Below, one piece after another: positions 52,687 to 53,891 of a stretch of DNA of 53,891 nucleotides. The first letter of the stretch is position 1; each line of letters opens with the position of its first letter. This DNA comes from Candidatus Aminicenantes bacterium (lineage in GTDB: Bacteria > Acidobacteriota > Aminicenantia > S016-38). The stretch is from NCBI GenBank assembly GCA_027025175.1, contig JALVRF010000005.1, positions 1 to 53,891 on the forward strand. The letters run 5' to 3'. Under the pieces are notes generated by a model, which was not told where the DNA came from, ran no database searches, and saw only the letters and a list, made by a program, of their open reading frames with translations. Made by a program: the position numbers and the translations under genes.

Positions 52687-53634
52687 ATGAGAAAAATTGC
52701 CTTTATATTCGCATTAACAGGTCTTCTTCTGGCCTCCGGCCAGAGGCCTGATTTTTCCATCTACGGGTGCGCGGTAATGAAACCTGGAGAGAGCAGGACC
52801 TTTCCCAAAGGGAAGAACTGCATAATCTTTGACAATGCCCGGGATACCGTTTTCTGGGTGAAAATGACCGCCATTCCCTACCACACCGGAGATCCCCAAT
52901 ACGACAGGTTATGGAACAGTCAGCCAAGAAGCCTCAACTATGTGGGCTGCACTTCCTACGATTACTTCAACAGTTTGGAGGGAAATAAATTTGAGGAGGG
53001 ATTTGACTACACCGATTTCAAAGTGGGGGAAACGGTCTGGTTTCTCACTGTGGCCAGCAGGGAAGACGATTTCTGCTACATAACCGGCGGGGGTGCTATG
53101 AAGGTGGAGACCATGGTGGTGGAAAAACAGAACGACGCGGGAAGCGGAAGGGACACCACCAGCAGGGAGCCGGCCTATGTAGAGGTCAACAAAACCTATG
53201 AGGGAGCCAGCGCCGTGGATGAAGACTGGTTCAGGGTAAAACTTCCTAAGGAAAAACTCATAAAATTTTCCATAACATACAAGGATGGCCCTTCAGGACC
53301 TCACAGGCTGGTTTATGGGCTCGGCTGGGGAGGACCCGGGAAAAATTACTTCACATATTGCACTGCTAATCACAAACTTGTCTCCTCCCTGGCCTACGAC
53401 GGCTCCAAAGCCTGGTATTCCGCCTTTTTCCCGAGGGTGGGCCAGACCGCCTATTGCTACCTGAAATACAGGAAGAAAAAGCCCGAAGACCCGGACTATG
53501 TGGTTCTTCCCTTATGGGTTAAACCCCCGGCCCAATATCCTCCCCCGGATGAGGCCAAAAAGCCCAAATCCGCCTACCGCCTCCCAAGATACACCTTCTC
53601 CTTCCAGGTGGTGGAGAAAAACACCAAACACTGA
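52687..53634 (+). CDS. Hypothetical secreted Cys-containing protein, possible PPC-like (pre-peptidase C-terminal) beta-sandwich segment
   Basis: 315 aa with a signal peptide. NDAGSGRD...YEGASAVDEDWFRVKLPKEKLIKFSI resembles the D.DW[YF].[FV] PPC motif. Lys/Pro-rich tail. Confidence 0.55.
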   Translation: MRKIAFIFALTGLLLASGQRPDFSIYGCAVMKPGESRTFPKGKNCIIFDNARDTVFWVKMTAIPYHTGDPQYDRLWNSQPRSLNYVGCTSYDYFNSLEGNKFEEGFDYTDFKVGETVWFLTVASREDDFCYITGGGAMKVETMVVEKQNDAGSGRDTTSREPAYVEVNKTYEGASAVDEDWFRVKLPKEKLIKFSITYKDGPSGPHRLVYGLGWGGPGKNYFTYCTANHKLVSSLAYDGSKAWYSAFFPRVGQTAYCYLKYRKKKPEDPDYVVLPLWVKPPAQYPPPDEAKKPKSAYRLPRYTFSFQVVEKNTKH

Positions 53635-53786
53635 CCCGGAGCAGGGAGCGGGGACTCGGGGAAATCGCCGGATATCAGGCAGTAGAGGATTAGAGCAAAG
53701 GGCGGGATTTTATTCTATTTTTCTTTTCTTACTTCATATAGATGTCCATAAGGACCATTTACAGATTTTAGGGACAGACCCTATTA

Positions 53787-53795
53787 TGGTATAAT
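53787..53795 (+). promoter_or_regulatory. Extended -10 element TGGTATAAT, 6 nt upstream of an ATG (leaderless-type)
   Basis: TGGTATAATTTCCCC-ATG, read directly. Confidence 0.4.
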
Positions 53796-53801
53796 TTCCC
53801 C

Positions 53802-53891
53802 ATGGCAAGACTGGCCCGCACATACATCAAATTCCCCTCAGCCACCGCCTACTACCACATCTTCACCCACCTTGCAGACGAACTCCCCTAC
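53802..53891 (+). CDS. 5' end of an unidentified ORF (runs off the right edge)
   Basis: Hand translation gives MARLARTYIKFPSATAYYHIFTHLADELPY, open to the window end. There is a weak resemblance to N-termini of Y1 (IS200/RayT-like) transposases, which 30 aa cannot establish. Confidence 0.35.
   Translation, partial: MARLARTYIKFPSATAYYHIFTHLADELPY

Noticed and set aside
1-53891. Search by eye for CRISPR arrays, tRNA/rRNA/tmRNA genes, riboswitches, integrases and defence-system genes
   Set aside because: The largest non-coding gaps are only about 100-170 bp (9164-9300, 11631-11732, 12798-12919, 32422-32547, 33004-33118, 47753-47876, 50245-50353, 53635-53801). None shows repeat-spacer periodicity, tRNA T-loop (GGTTCGAAT-like) motifs or recognisable riboswitch cores. 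No recombinase, restriction, toxin-antitoxin or Cas-like ORFs were recognised.

Overview
This is a 53.9-kb, very gene-dense chromosomal segment with many 1-20 nt gene overlaps. It probably comes from a thermophilic diderm bacterium, judging from K/E/I/L-rich proteins, the LPS genes lpxK/waaA/heptosyltransferase and outer-membrane barrels. I cannot assign a taxon from sequence alone. I saw no rRNA, tRNA or CRISPR array, and no clear mobile element.

Content from left to right:
(1) 1-9163, minus strand: a 12-gene operon that starts with rex. It continues with MrpE/F/G, DUF4040, MrpB and MrpC, a fused double antiporter subunit, and NuoH-, NuoB-, NuoC- and NuoD-like genes. The gene order is Mbx/Mbs-type. 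The last gene runs off the left edge.
(2) 9164-13489, plus strand: a somewhat A/T-shifted signalling cassette. It holds a PAS-like histidine kinase, a sigma-54 enhancer-binding response regulator, a palindrome pair, a textbook sigma-54 promoter, a REC-PATAN-Roadblock-like protein and a small PATAN-like protein.
(3) 13482-18013: an EamA transporter, an Mth938-like protein, a GWxTD/TPR protein, an OM barrel and a SpoU/TrmH methyltransferase.
(4) 31559 down to 18003, minus strand: one almost gap-free gene train. It reads waaA-lpxK-MBL hydrolase-rph-OM barrel-pilB-pilT-pilC-PilS-like kinase-PilR-like bEBP-PAPS-reductase-like-LuxE-like-LuxC-like.
(5) 31582-33057: a heptosyltransferase, then a sigma-54-driven type IV pilin gene with a clean terminator.
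(6) 33119-36849: an S46 peptidase, a lipoprotein and a DUF481 OM protein.
(7) 36887-40283: a five-gene ECF sigma operon.
(8) 40275-47752, minus strand: flippase, der, fabD, purF, an RsbW-like kinase and an ABC-2 exporter.
(9) 47877-50244: pyk and an OB/HD protein.
(10) 50302-53634: a third sigma-54 promoter driving three secreted proteins of unknown function.

The most interesting candidates are the sigma-54/REC-PATAN-Roadblock cassette, the three enzyme genes translationally coupled to the pilus operon, the orphan sigma-54-driven secreted trio, and a recurrent leaderless-type promoter architecture. All motif coordinates were indexed by hand. All domain calls are from reading the translations, not from searches.
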